From positions 169,119 through 233,118 of the forward strand of contig CAWFRW010000006.1 of assembly GCA_963818295.1 (NCBI GenBank): a stretch of 64,000 nt of DNA. The letters run 5' to 3'. The notes beneath the pieces were generated by a model, which searched no databases, had not been told where the DNA came from, and saw only the letters and a program-made list of their open reading frames with translations. Of the stretch, positions 34,465 through 46,303 are shown in pieces. Every line of letters starts with the position of its first letter. The stretch's first letter is position 1. The translations under genes and the position numbers were made by a program. This DNA comes from an uncultured Bacteroidales bacterium (GTDB lineage: Bacteria > Bacteroidota > Bacteroidia > Bacteroidales > VadinHA17).

Positions 34465-35409
34465 AACGGAAGATTCCTGAAATCCACATTGCCGCCGGAA
34501 ATTATCAATCCGATCTTTTTGCCCCTGAATATTCCGGGATTTTCTTTTATTACTGCCAGTACTGTTGCAGATGAAGGTTCAACAACTATTTTCATCCTTT
34601 CCCAGATCAGCAGCATGCATTCAATTATTGATTCTTCACTTACAGTATAAATTGCATCAACATTCTTTCTTATTATCGAAAATGTGAGTTCGCTGAGTGA
34701 TGTAAGCAGACCGTCTGCAACAGTTTTGGGGCTGTTGGAAGGGACAGAGCTTGCCTGAGGTGAATGACCTGTAAGCGTCATCAGCATTGGCAGGTTCAGC
34801 GCCTATAACAAGTATGCTTCTGTTACTGCCCTTTACAAAGGTTGAAGTACCGCTCATAAGTCCGCCTCCTCCTACCGGTGCAATAACCATTTCAAGATCA
34901 TTTCTCTCACTTAAGCAGTTCAAGTGCTGCAGTCCCCTGCCCGCATATTACATTAAAATTATCATAGGGATGCACAAGAGTTGCACCTGTCTCTTCAATT
35001 ATCTTCCGGGTAGCCTCCTCCCTTGCCTGCTGTGTTGGCTTGCAGAAGGTAATACCTGCTCCATAACCTGCAACCGCATTTTTCTTCACAGCCGGAGCAT
35101 TTTCAGGCATTACAATATTTGCCTTCACTCCATTCATCCTTGCTGCCAGAGCAAGGGCAGCTGCATGATTGCCTGATGAATGGGTGACAACACCCAGATT
35201 CCGTTCTTCAGGAGTCAATGACAATACTGCGTTTGTGGCTCCCCTGAATTTGAAAGCCCCCACTTTCTGAAAATTCTCGCATTTGAAAAAAAGCTCACAG
35301 TCAAAATGATCATTCAACTGCCGTGAAGTAAGCACCGGAGTATTGTGTATAAAGGGCTTTATCCTTTCATAAGCAGCAGTGGATATCTTCAATTTGCGGG
35401 AATTCTCAT
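34461..35409 (-). CDS. PLP-dependent serine/threonine dehydratase or serine racemase (frameshifted)
   Basis: FKCENFQKVGAFKFRGA, HSSGNH, PVGGGGL, VVEPS, ISGGN. Confidence 0.9.
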
Positions 35410-35639
35410 TTCAATCTGTTTTTCAAAATTAATATTTTTTGATTTAGCCGTTTCCTTCTGGCACAATGAGTGAGCCATTTTGAATGAAAACCTGCGGTAT
35501 CAGTGCATGTTGAAACTGATACTTAATAATATCAGTAAAAATAGCATTTAAGCGACATCAGTATTGACAATGATTATAAAATTGTTTTTATCTTGCGGCC
35601 TTATTTTTTTAATTTAATTTTTGATACAGTATTGAATAA

Positions 35640-37056
35640 ATGAAAAATTCTTTGAAGTCAATTTTCCTGAGTAACAGCAAGAAAATGTTCTTGTTAATCT
35701 CTAGTATTGTTTTCTCCTCTGGCTCTTTTTGCTGAAGGCGGATCAGTTCCTTCAGTCGGACCTGTAAGGGTTGAGTTTATTATTTTCGGGCTTATCCTTC
35801 TGGGAGTTGCCCTGTTTCACAAGCAGACTTTCTGGGTTGCTGTCATTGGACTTACAGTCTTACTGACCTTTAAGCTTGTATTTGATCCCGGGTTTCACCT
35901 GATGGAACATCTTTTCGGATCGACACCGATGGGTGAGCAGATAATGGATAAAGGATTAAGACAGGGAGAATGGGGTATTATCCTTAATCTTCTTGGTTTA
36001 TTGCTCGGATTTGCAATTCTCTCTAAAATATTTGAAGAATCGGGTGTTCCTGATGTACTTCCAAAATTTCTTCCTGATGACTGGAAAGGTCCGTTTATAC
36101 TTTTGGTTTTCGTATTCATTTTGTCATCTTTCCTTGACAATATTGCTGCTGCTCTTATTGGTGGAACAATTGCACTTGTTGTATTCAAGAAGAAAGTTCA
36201 TATCGGATATATTGCTGCCATTGTTGCTGCAAGCAATGCCGGAGGCAGCGGAAGTGTTGTAGGTGACACAACAACCACTATGATGTGGATCGACGGGGTA
36301 AGTGCTTTCAATGTTTTGCACGGCTTTATTGCTGCCGGAGTAGCTCTCCTGTTTTTTGCATGGTTTGCTTCTCACCAGCAGGATAAATACCAGAGGATCC
36401 AAAAAGATGCAGATACAAATGTTAAGATTGACTGGTTAAAAATATTTAATGTCGGACTTATCCTTGCAGGTGCAATAATCTCGAACATCCTTTATGATAT
36501 GCCGGCACTTGGGGTCTGGATCGCTATTGTTATCGGGGCATTCATCAGACCCGTTCCATGGAAGGAAGTGCCCGGAGCGATAAAAGGGACTATTTTCCTG
36601 TTATGTCTTGTTTTCTGCGCTTCAATGATGCCGGTCGAAGAACTGCCGAATGCATCATGGATAACAGCTCTGTCGCTTGGATTCCTTTCTGCAGTATTTG
36701 ATAATATCCCTCTTACAAAGCTTTGTCTCGATCAGGGTCATTTCGACTGGGGAATGCTTGCATACAGTGTAGGATTCGGAGGATCAATGATCTGGTTCGG
36801 TTCTTCTGCAGGTGTGGCTATCACAAACAAATTCCCGGAAGGACGCGATGTAATTCAATGGGTTAAAAGCGGATGGCATGTAGCTGTTGCATATGTGATA
36901 GGATTTTTTGTTCTGTATCTCACAATGGGATGGGAACCAGCAGATAATAAAGAACATAAAATAATCAACTGCCCTGTACCCGGCTGTCCGATGGCAAATA
37001 AGCCTGCTGCTGAAAATATACCAGGAACCATCGGTTATCTTGAACTGATTAAATAA
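35640..37056 (+). CDS. NhaD/CitMHS-like ion transporter (IT superfamily)
   Basis: SSFLDNI, ASNAGG...GDTTTTMMW, SAVFDNIPL, GGSMIWFGSSAGVA; many TM helices. Confidence 0.85.
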
Positions 37057-37091
37057 ATCTGACACCTTTAGTTACAGATAATATAAAGATA

Positions 37092-37118
37092 AGAGGCTGT
37101 CCCAAAAGGGCAGCCTTT
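37092..37118 (+). terminator. Hairpin downstream of the transporter
   Basis: AGGCTGTCC-CAAAA-GGGCAGCCT followed by TT. Confidence 0.7.
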
Positions 37119-37171
37119 ACCAACTCGATCTACCTTTTGATTGGTCACGGATATCTATCTTACTATGAACA

Positions 37172-37268
37172 GTCATTGAGAGCGACGAAGAAGCAATACG
37201 AAGCAATCACCGGTGACATAAGCACGAAGCGATTGCTTTCGCCCTCCTTCGTCGGGCCTCGCAATGAC
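37172..37268. repeat. GTCATTG..GCAATC / GATTGC..CAATGAC REP-like palindrome
   Basis: Terminal GTCATTGAGAG/CTCGCAATGAC with inner AAGCAATC/GATTGCTT. Confidence 0.8.
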
Positions 37269-37299
37269 GATGCAAATAAGTTAGATTGCAACTAAAAAA

Positions 37300-37326
37300 G
37301 AAGGCTGCCCTATTGGGACAGCCTCA
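37300..37326 (-). terminator. Hairpin downstream of hppA
   Basis: AAGGCTGCCCTATTGGGACAGCCTC, an inverted near-copy of 37092-37118. Confidence 0.7.
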
Positions 37327-37351
37327 TATATTTATTCAACTTTTCTATTGA

Positions 37352-39643
37352 CTAAAAAAGACTCCATGCAACAGTAAGACCTGCGAGAACCACAGCTACC
37401 ATTGACATAAGTTTAATAAGGATGTTAAGAGCAGGACCAGAAGTATCCTTGAAAGGATCACCAACGGTATCACCAACAACGGTAGCTTTATGGCATTCGC
37501 TTTTCTTTCCACCGTAGTTGCCTCTTTCAACATATTTTTTGGCATTATCCCATGCACCACCTGCATTGTTAAGCATACTTGCAAGAACGAAACCTGTACT
37601 CATACCGCCGGCAAGAAGACCGATAACTCCGGGAACACCAAAAATAATACCTACTATCATCGGAACAGCAATAGCCATCAGTGAAGGAACAAGCATTTCA
37701 CTCTGTGCACCTGCAGTTGATATTTCAACACATTTTGCATATTCAGGTTTTCCTGTACCTTCCATGATTCCGGGAATTTCGCGGAACTGACGTCTTACTT
37801 CATCAACCATTTTACCTGCAGCACGTCCGACAGCTTTCATACTCATTGCGCTGAAGAGGAATGCCATCATGGCTCCGATGAAAACACCGCCGAGCAATAT
37901 AGGATTGAAAACTGAAAGGTCATAGGCTGCAACAAAATGCTTGATATTTGCAGTTGCCAGATTAACAGCAACCTGACCATCCTGTACCTGAGGTACTGTA
38001 TTATGATAGAATAAGGTATCTCCAATCTGTTTGAAACCTTCAGGTGATTTATCAACCATTCTTGTAAGCCACATTCTGATCTCTTCCATATAGGCTGCCA
38101 TGAGGGCAAGAGCTGTAAGAGCTGCTGAACCAATAGCAAATCCTTTACCTGTGGCAGCTGTTGTGTTTCCAAGTCCGTCGAGAGCATCTGTTCTTTCTCT
38201 TACTTCAGCCGGCAATTCAGCCATTTCAGCATTTCCACCTGCATTGTCTGCAATTGGTCCGAATGCATCGGTTGCAAGAGTAACACCAAGTGTTGAGAGC
38301 ATACCTACTGAAGCAAAACCAATACCGTAAACACCCATGGGCAAAACTATGGAAACCACCTGCAAAACCATAAGCTGCAATAATACCGGCAACTATAGTA
38401 ATTACAGGAATCCATGTTGAATACATTCCAACTGCCATACCTTCAATAATAACTGTGGCAGGACCCTGTTGTGACTGTTTTGCAATACCCTGTGTCGGGG
38501 CATTTCCATCGGAAGTATAATATTCTGTTGACTGACCAATAATTACACCGGCAACAAGACCTGATACTGCAGCGCCAAATACGCCCCAGGTGATCCAGTC
38601 TAATAGCTGCCATACCTGCAAGTACAACAAGAATAAGAGCAGAACTGCCTCCTGTGCCAAGAAGAAGTGCACGGAGCAAGAGCCTTTGGAGTTGCAGATT
38701 CTTTGGTTCTTACCATATATACTCCAACAATTGAAAGAAGAATACCAATTGCTGAAACCATCATCGGAGCAATAATTGCTTTTATCTGATCGCCTTCGGC
38801 AAAAATCGGAAGTGCAGCTCCAAGAGCAGCTGTTGCAAGTATTGAACCTGCATATGATTCATAAAGGTCAGCGCCCATACCGGCAACGTCACCAACATTA
38901 TCACCAACGTTATCTGCAATAGTTGCAGGGTTACGTGGATCATCCTCAGGAATGCCTGCTTCAACTTTACCAACGAGGTCAGCGCCTACGTCAGCAGCTT
39001 TTGTAAAGATACCACCACCAACACGTGCAAAAAGAGCCTGTGTTGAAGCACCCATACCGAATGTAAGCATGGTGGCGGTTATTTCAATAAATTTCTGATG
39101 TTCATCAGTACCGGCAGCAACAAATGTAAGTCCAAGGAAATGGAGACCATTTGCCATATGCTCGGGTGTGAATATAGCTTTATTAAGGAGAATAAACCAG
39201 AGTGCGATATCAAGAAGTCCAAACCCAACAACAACAAGACCCATAACAGCACCGCTTCTCAAAGCTACCTGTAATCCTTTATTGAGCGATTTGGAGGCAG
39301 CCCATGCTGTCCTGTTGGATGCAGCAGTAGCTGTTTTCATACCAAGATAACCACATAATCCGGAGAAAAACCCACCGGTAAGAAAAGCTATCGGAACAAA
39401 TGGATTCTGAATACCCATATATGCCAGTATCGTTAATAATGCCACAAGGATAATAAATACCTTGCCAACAACTGAATACTGACGTTTGAGGTAGGCCATC
39501 GCGCCCTCGCTTACATACGCAGCAATCTCTTTCATCCTGTCTGTCCCTTCCTCCTGTACAATCATACCCTTGTAAAAGATCCAGGCAAACAGTAATGCCA
39601 TGAGCGCTGAAATTGGAACAATCCAAAATAAAGTACTAATCAT
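37352..39643 (-). CDS. hppA: K+-dependent membrane pyrophosphatase, probably Na+,H+-type (frameshifted)
   Basis: [50 protein letters not shown]. Confidence 0.95.
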
Positions 39644-39999
39644 GATATCTGTTTTTTAAAATTAAATAATTAAAGATTCGAAAATGAAAAATTTTCACCG
39701 GTACAAAACTATATTAGTTTTCCAATAATACAAATGAAAAAAATCGAAACTTTTAATAGTTTGTAGTTTAAAAAGAATCTAAACAGATTAGCCTTTATAC
39801 CAAAAACAATTGGTCCAAAATACAATACGGAGATTTATTCTGTTTCGTAGTATAACCAGACTAGCCAAAATATGTACTCCATTCGGGCAATGGGAATATA
39901 CTTAGTCTAATAATCCTAAACTACAGAAGATTAAATAAGTTAGAGACTGATGTAGAAAACACGATTATTCCATAGATTTAAAAAGAATTGCCAATTTAT

Positions 40000-41352
40000 T
40001 CACTTTTTATTAAAAAGTAATTCAAACCTTGTTCCTTCATTCTCAATACTATAAACCTTCATTACCGCTCCATGCAGGGTTATTATCTTATTTACAAGCG
40101 AAAGACCAACTCCGAATCCAGCCTTAAATTTCACATTCGATGCTCTTTTAAATGGTAAATATATACTATCCAGTTCTTCAGATGGTATACCTATCCCTTT
40201 ATCTGAAATAACGATCTTAATATATTTCGCCGGGTATTTCAAACTCTACATATACATCATTTTCAGAAAATTTGCATGCATTGTCAATCAGGTTCTTAAA
40301 AGCTATTATAAGTAATCCTGAATTCCCGTTAATTAAGAGCTCGTTATCATCTTCGGGATATTGAATTTTTGACTGGATTTTGCGATTAGGATATTTGGTT
40401 TTTATTTGATGAATTGCATTATAAACTATCTCATCAATCCGTGACACCAGACAGTTGAATATTGTAATCCCTGTTAATTTGTGCCAGCTCCAACAAACTG
40501 TTCAGGAGAGCATTTAAGATCTTTAAGATCAACGATTAACCCTGAGATATGATTGATATAATCTTCCTGATTCCTTTTACGACTTAACAAATAATCACTC
40601 TCACTTATCATCACAGTAAGAGGAGTCCGCAATTCATGAGACGCATTTGAAACAAAATCTTCCTGATTTTTGAAGGCAGTCTCCAGATTAGTCAGCATTT
40701 CATTAAATGTTATTGCCAACTGCTCAATCTCATCTTTCCTGTTTCCTTCGTTAAGCCGGTTGCTCATTCTTAATGAATTAATATTTTTAACACTCTTTAT
40801 TATTCGTGAAATTGGCTGAATTGCCTTTTTCGAGAATAAGTATGATAACAGTATAGACAACCATATGCTGAAAAGAATACTCCAGAGAAGGATTTTTCTT
40901 AGTTCTGAAAGATTTTCAGTGCGGCCATGGTCAAAAGCCATAACAAAAACATTATATGTCCGGTTATTGAAGATATGCTTATAAAATACCCCATCTTTTT
41001 CTGCAACAGAAAAGAAATTTATATCGCCCTTTTTTGAACTTTTTAGCAATAAATTATTCGAAAGATATTGTATATTATTGCTATATAGCTGATTAAAAGC
41101 AGAATCTGTCAGCACAATCTCCTCTTTTTCCCATGAGATCGTTGATTGGTGAATTTTCTTTAATAACGATGAATCGACTTCTGCTACGTTGATCAGCAGA
41201 ATAGCTGTATTCTTCGCTCCGTCAAGAAGATTATCCCTAAACTTTGTTAATTGGCTTGAATATGAAAAGTAGAAAACGAGTACTGAAAAAAACAATAAGA
41301 TCCCGGCCACAATAAGTGTGAACTGGAATGATAGCCTTGTCTTGATGTTCAT
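40000..41352 (-). CDS. HAMP-domain sensor histidine kinase (frameshifted)
   Basis: Two TM helices, DEIEQLAITFN, ASHELRTPL, NLIDNACKFS, DKGIGI, GFGVGL. Confidence 0.92.
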
Positions 41353-42045
41353 TGTAAAAATTCTTTTTCACTTAAGTAAAATCCAAACCCGAACTTAGTA
41401 TGAATTAACTTGGGTTCATAATCCTTGTCAATTTTCTTTCTCAGATAATTTACATATACATCAATTATGTTAGTGCTTGGGTCAAAATCTATACCCCAGA
41501 CATTTTCAATTATAACCTCACGGGTAAGCAACTTATCTTTGTTTTTCATAAAAAACTCCAGTAATGAGCTCTCTTTTGCAGTTAAATCTATTCTTTTAGC
41601 CGCCCGGGTTACTGTTTTGGTACTCAGGTCCATTTCGAGGTTCGCAATTCTTAATTTTTCTGAGATTATGCTTTGGATCCGAACGTCTGAGAAAAACATT
41701 TATTCGTGCCAGTAATTCCCTGAAATCAAATGGCTTTAAAACATAATCGTCAGCTCCTGCATCAAAACCGGCTACTCTGTTATCCGGGGTACCCAGGGCG
41801 GTGAGCATTATGATGGGGATGCTGCTGTTTGTCTTTCGTATCTCTTTACAAAGGTCATACCCATTAATTAAGGGTAAATTTATGTCCAGGATAATAAGAT
41901 TGTATCTATTCTTTTCGAGAAGTTGTTTCCCACTATACCCATCGAAAGCAATTTCAACACTAAAACCTGATTCCTGTAACTGTTTTCTTAGAATCTCAGC
42001 CAGTCTAAGCTCATCCTCAACAATTAGTATATTAATATCATTCAT
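41349..42045 (-). CDS. OmpR/PhoB family response regulator (one frameshift)
   Basis: ILIVEDE, ILDINLP, GADDYVLKPF, NIIDVYVNYLRKKID, IHTKFGFGF. Confidence 0.93.
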
Positions 42046-42098
42046 GTTATTGAGCCAATTTTCAGCAAAGTTAAACTACTAAAAAGAAGGAACTACTA

Positions 42099-42168
42099 TT
42101 TTAATGAATTTCTAATCCTGTTCTAATGAGTTTCTAATAAGGGTTGATGAAATTCATTCATAGATTTG
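42099..42168 (+). promoter_or_regulatory. Four 11-bp-phased TT(C/T)TAAT direct repeats plus a -7 box
   Basis: Copies at 42099, 42110, 42121 and 42132; TAGATTTG at 42161. Confidence 0.75.
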
Positions 42169-42200
42169 TTTACTGAATTATTTTATAACAGATCATTGAA

Positions 42201-42299
42201 ATGAAAAAATTCAAGTACTGGAATGAGATTATGTTTTTTCTGATAATTATAGGGGGATTTGCAGTTCTGATTCTGATTAAATTATTTGTTATAAAATAA
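42201..42299 (+). CDS. 32-aa single-TM small protein
   Basis: MKKFKYWNEIMFFLIIIGGFAVLILIKLFVIK, directly after the promoter. Confidence 0.6.
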   Translation: MKKFKYWNEIMFFLIIIGGFAVLILIKLFVIK

Positions 42300-42386
42300 A
42301 AATATTAAGCAGGAAGTTTTATCTGCCAGCAAAACTGAATTATAAATTGTTTGTTAAACCTTGATTAATTAATACTTTGTTTTTTA

Positions 42387-42430
42387 AAAAAAGCAGTTGT
42401 CAATAAAATTCTATTGACAGCTGCTTTTTT
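42387..42430. terminator. Bidirectional-type terminator
   Basis: AAAAAAGCAGTTGTCAATA...TATTGACAGCTGCTTTTTT. Confidence 0.8.
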
Positions 42431-42462
42431 ACCAGACCAGATTCAGGGAAAATCTTTTAAAT

Positions 42463-42567
42463 ATGAGAGCATTTTATGGTATTCTAGCTTTTATGGCAAT
42501 AGTATTTATTGGTTTGATAATGCTAATTATGGAATGGATCAAAAAACGTAAAAAAAATACCTTCTAA
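42463..42567 (+). CDS. 34-aa single-TM small protein
   Basis: MRAFYGILAFMAIVFIGLIMLIMEWIKKRKKNTF: hydrophobic helix with a basic tail. Confidence 0.5.
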   Translation: MRAFYGILAFMAIVFIGLIMLIMEWIKKRKKNTF

Positions 42568-43330
42568 ATTGCCCGGAAAAAGTTGTAATTAATTTTTTCA
42601 AGCTCGCCAATTTTTGGGTAGGAATAGAATACCATTTCATCTTTCGATCCTACATAGAATCCAGTATCAATAGTCCTGTAAAGCAGTTCTCCCGTGAAGA
42701 TACGATGAACGGTTTTCATGTGTTTTTCATATTCCCCCCTTATTATTTCAAGGCAGTCGCGCATATGTCCAATATTAGGATAAGGCAGATGCTCTGCTGA
42801 TCCGGTTAGCGGGTCGGTCGCCAGCTCACCAAGCTTCAGTTCAACGAAGAAAAGCTTCGGGAGAACAATAGGGATTGATCCGTCAGTTAGTTTTTTGAGA
42901 AATGCAGATGGGAGGAAGACTGCTGGCAACAAGTGGATTAACCGGGCAAAGCTCCTGATACAGATGAAGAGCATTCTGCGGCTCCTTTCCCTTATCATAG
43001 GGTGTTTTTTTTAATTCCAGAACACAACCATGATCGGTTGTAAGATAAAGGCTTTTTAGCGCTTCACAAGGTATCATCTCCAGAACCCTGTATACTGACA
43101 GATAAACAGAGCTCTTCGGACGTGCCGTCTGATTTGGCAACACACCTTTTATCAAGGCTCTTCATATCTATTAATTTTTCAATCTTTGAAAGGTCGATTT
43201 CAAAGAAGATAGTCTGGGCTTTATTGCGTTTCTTGGTACCTGTGGAAAGATAGAGCCCAAAGCCTTCGGGAGGAAGCATTGAAGCGACAAGCGCTTCAGG
43301 ATTGCAGGTTAAATAGATGTACTTGCTCAT
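42564..43330 (-). CDS. Hypothetical cytoplasmic protein with an internal duplication (two frameshifts)
   Basis: Three overlapping ORFs join into about 250 aa; LVAS(M/S)LPP..F occurs twice. Confidence 0.75.
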
Positions 43331-43525
43331 AGCTTTATTATTAAGTAAAAGAACAATGATCCGCTTACAAATAATCCAACTCTGATGATATCCGTCTGCC
43401 TGTTATCAAATTTAAACAAACTTTTACAAACCATAAAATGTATTTCTGCCTTTAATCAGTATCATCCTGCAAGGATTATAGCCATCTTTAACGATACATT
43501 TATTACTTTTGAGAAAATTTTAAAA

Positions 43526-44344
43526 ATGAATTCCATAAATATTGAACTTATAGATAAAGCATGGAATGACAGATCATTACTAAATGATCCTGAAGTCCAG
43601 GCTGAAATAAACAACACTATTGAACTTCTCGATAAAGGGAAAATCAGGGTTGCTGAACCCGGAGCAGACGGATGGATTGTAAACCAGTGGATTAAAAAAG
43701 CTGTGATTCTATATTTCCCCATCAGGAAAATGGAGACATTTGAAGCCGGACCGCTTGAATTTCACGATAAAATTCCACTGAAAAAGAATTATATGTCACT
43801 GGGTATTAGGGTGGTCCCCCATGCTGTGGCCCGCTATGGGGCATACCTTGCACGGGGTGTGATAATGATGCCGTCATATGTGAATATTGGTGCATATGTC
43901 GATGAAGGAACAATGGTCGATACATGGGCAACAGTAGGCTCATGTGCCCAGATCGGCAAAAATGTACATCTGAGCGGCGGTGTCGGTATCGGAGGGGTAC
44001 TCGAACCTGTTCAGGCAGCTCCTGTAATAATTGAAGACAACTGCTTCATCGGATCAAGGTGCATTGTCGTCGAAGGAGCCCATATAGGCAAGGAGGCCGT
44101 ACTGGGAGCAAATGTAGTAATCACAAACAGCACAAAGGTAATTGATGTAACCTCGGAAAACAGGATAGAATACAAAGGCTATGTACCTCCCAGATCTGTA
44201 GTAATCCCGGGTTCATATCTTAAAAAATTCCCTGCAGGTGATTTCAGTGTTCCATGTGCACTGATAATTGGCACAAGGAAAGAATCGACAGACAAGAAAA
44301 CTTCTCTCAATGAAGCTCTGAGGGAACATGATATTCCGGTATAG
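43526..44344 (+). CDS. dapD: Tetrahydrodipicolinate N-succinyltransferase
   Basis: NQWIKKAVILYF, DKIPLK, MPSYVNIGAYVD, GSCAQIGKNVHLSGGVGIGGVLEP. Confidence 0.96.
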   Translation: MNSINIELIDKAWNDRSLLNDPEVQAEINNTIELLDKGKIRVAEPGADGWIVNQWIKKAVILYFPIRKMETFEAGPLEFHDKIPLKKNYMSLGIRVVPHAVARYGAYLARGVIMMPSYVNIGAYVDEGTMVDTWATVGSCAQIGKNVHLSGGVGIGGVLEPVQAAPVIIEDNCFIGSRCIVVEGAHIGKEAVLGANVVITNSTKVIDVTSENRIEYKGYVPPRSVVIPGSYLKKFPAGDFSVPCALIIGTRKESTDKKTSLNEALREHDIPV

Positions 44345-44386
44345 GAAAAATGCTTTTTAATAATCTTAATTACACGTCCCTGCCAA

Positions 44387-44957
44387 ATGGTTTTTGACGA
44401 AGATATAAAGGAAGCGCTTGAAGTCCTCAGAAAAGGGGGCGTTATCCTCTATCCTACCGACACTATCTGGGGACTTGGCTGTGATCCGACCAATCCTGCA
44501 GCAGTGGAAAAGATCTTCACAATCAAATCGAGGGAACAGGGAAAAAGCCTGCTTATCCTTGTTGACAGTGAAACAATGCTTGAACGTTATGTGAGTGATG
44601 TTCCCGATATCGCATGGGAACTTATCAGCGTATCGGATGATCCGCTTACTGTAATCTATTCAGGAGGTAAAAACCTGGCACCCGGAGTTTGCAGTGATGA
44701 TGGTTCGGTTGGGATAAGGATCTGCCATGATGAATTCTGCCGCGAGCTCATAAAAAGATTCCGCAAGCCTCTTGTCTCAACATCTGCAAATCTGAGCGGA
44801 AAACCTGCACCTGAAAATTTCAGCGAAATTGATACCGCAGTCATCAGGTGCAGTTGACTATGTTGTCAAATACCGACAGGACGACAGGAGAAAATATTCA
44901 TCCTCCCCTGTCATTAAACTTGGTCCTGATGGTACTGTTAAAATAATCAGGAAATAA
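44387..44957 (+). CDS. tsaC: L-threonylcarbamoyladenylate synthase (YrdC/Sua5; frameshift near 3' end)
   Basis: LYPTDTIWGLGCD, IKSR, PLVSTSANLSG. Confidence 0.92.
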
Positions 44958-44958
44958 G

Positions 44959-45664
44959 CTATTTTGATTTTACCCTGCCTGAACCGGAAACTCTTGCATC
45001 AATTTTCGGACTGCCGATATATGTAATATTTCCGCTGCCTGAAACACTTGCTTCAAGATTGTCAGTAACATTGCATTTGCAGCTTCCGCTTCCGGAGATG
45101 CTGAAATCAGCATTGTCTATTTTCAGTGTCTCACCTGAATAATTTCCTGATCCGCTGATACTGTACATCAGCACTCTTTGCTTCACCGCTGCCACCTACA
45201 ACAACATCACCCGATCCGGAAATTCCGACATTGAGTTTGCCTAAAGCCAGATCAGCAGTAAGTATCCTGCCGCTTCCGCTTACTGAAAAATCAAGATCTT
45301 CAGCTTTTATGGCGTCCTTAATCTCAGCCTTGCCGGAACCTGATACTCCAAGACCTGTCAGCTCAGGCATTGTAATATATACAGTAACTTTCCCATTACT
45401 ATGTATATGCCAGTTTTCGTTCTTGATCACAAGCTTCGATCCTGATACTTCGGTTTCAATTTCATCGAGCATAGATTTTTCACCCTCGAGAACAACCTTA
45501 AATTCAGATCCTATACTAATGTACAGATCGCCTGCTATTCCGAAGTTCACCTTTGTAAAACCTGTCACATTCCTGGTCTCTTTTTCAATTGACATATCTT
45601 TTGAAAACCCTGTGGCGATGGCCACTGTAACAATAAATGCTGATATTAATAGCCTTCTTTTCAT
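44959..45664 (-). CDS. DUF2807 / head-GIN domain protein
   Basis: Signal peptide, repeated (V/I)SGSG units, ITYIGSPKI. Confidence 0.88.
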
Positions 45665-45751
45665 AATGCATTGATTTTAGTTAATTCAAGATTAATACTG
45701 AGAAAAGACGACGCTATTTCAGAAAAGTTGCACCCTGATGGAAATATTCCC

Positions 45752-46275
45752 TCAGTTTATTTCTGTAAGACCTTCAGGAAGGTCCATTATCAGGATCTTC
45801 TTTTTCTTATCGATCTTCACGATAAAATTTTCATGCAAGGGGAATCAGGATTGTCTTATGTGTATCTGAGACGACACTCAGCAGCCATTGTCCCGGGATT
45901 CTGAATCACCTCGTCAACAGATCCAAGCACGATATTATCAGTGGTTAAAACGCTAAAGCCTGGAAGACTCTGTGCACTTCTCAATTTTTTTGCCGACTCG
46001 GGGCAGCTGTGGTCAGAAAAACCTGGCATCCGATAAATTCATTTACCTTTTCAGAGGATTCGTACCCTTCGAACTGAAGCTTGAGAATATCGGCTCCCGA
46101 ATATTCCGATCGCGGCTATAAAAAAAGGAACCGGTCTTCCTTCAATTTCAAGGAAGACCGATTCAATATGGGGTAATTTTTCAGAAAAAAATCGTTCCAA
46201 TTTTACTGTAACGGCACCCTCATAGCCGCTTACTTTGGTGATTCGTCCGAGTAATATTTCGTTTCTGTAAGCCAT
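45752..46275 (-). CDS. rimM: Ribosome maturation factor RimM (frameshifted)
   Basis: LGRITKVSGYEG, PVPFFI; downstream of rpsP; C-terminal PEGL. Confidence 0.85.
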
Positions 46276-46303
46276 CGGATCACAGAACCTTATAACTCTT
46301 CAA

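Noticed and set aside
39644-39990. Na+ riboswitch upstream of hppA
   Set aside because: Only an AT-rich leader with a TAGTTTTG -7 box; I saw no conserved structured motif.
43385-43525. N-terminal extension of DapD (likewise ORF starts at 4496 and 3861)
   Set aside because: The upstream in-frame stretch is AT-rich promoter-like DNA; homology or the signal peptide begins at the later ATG.
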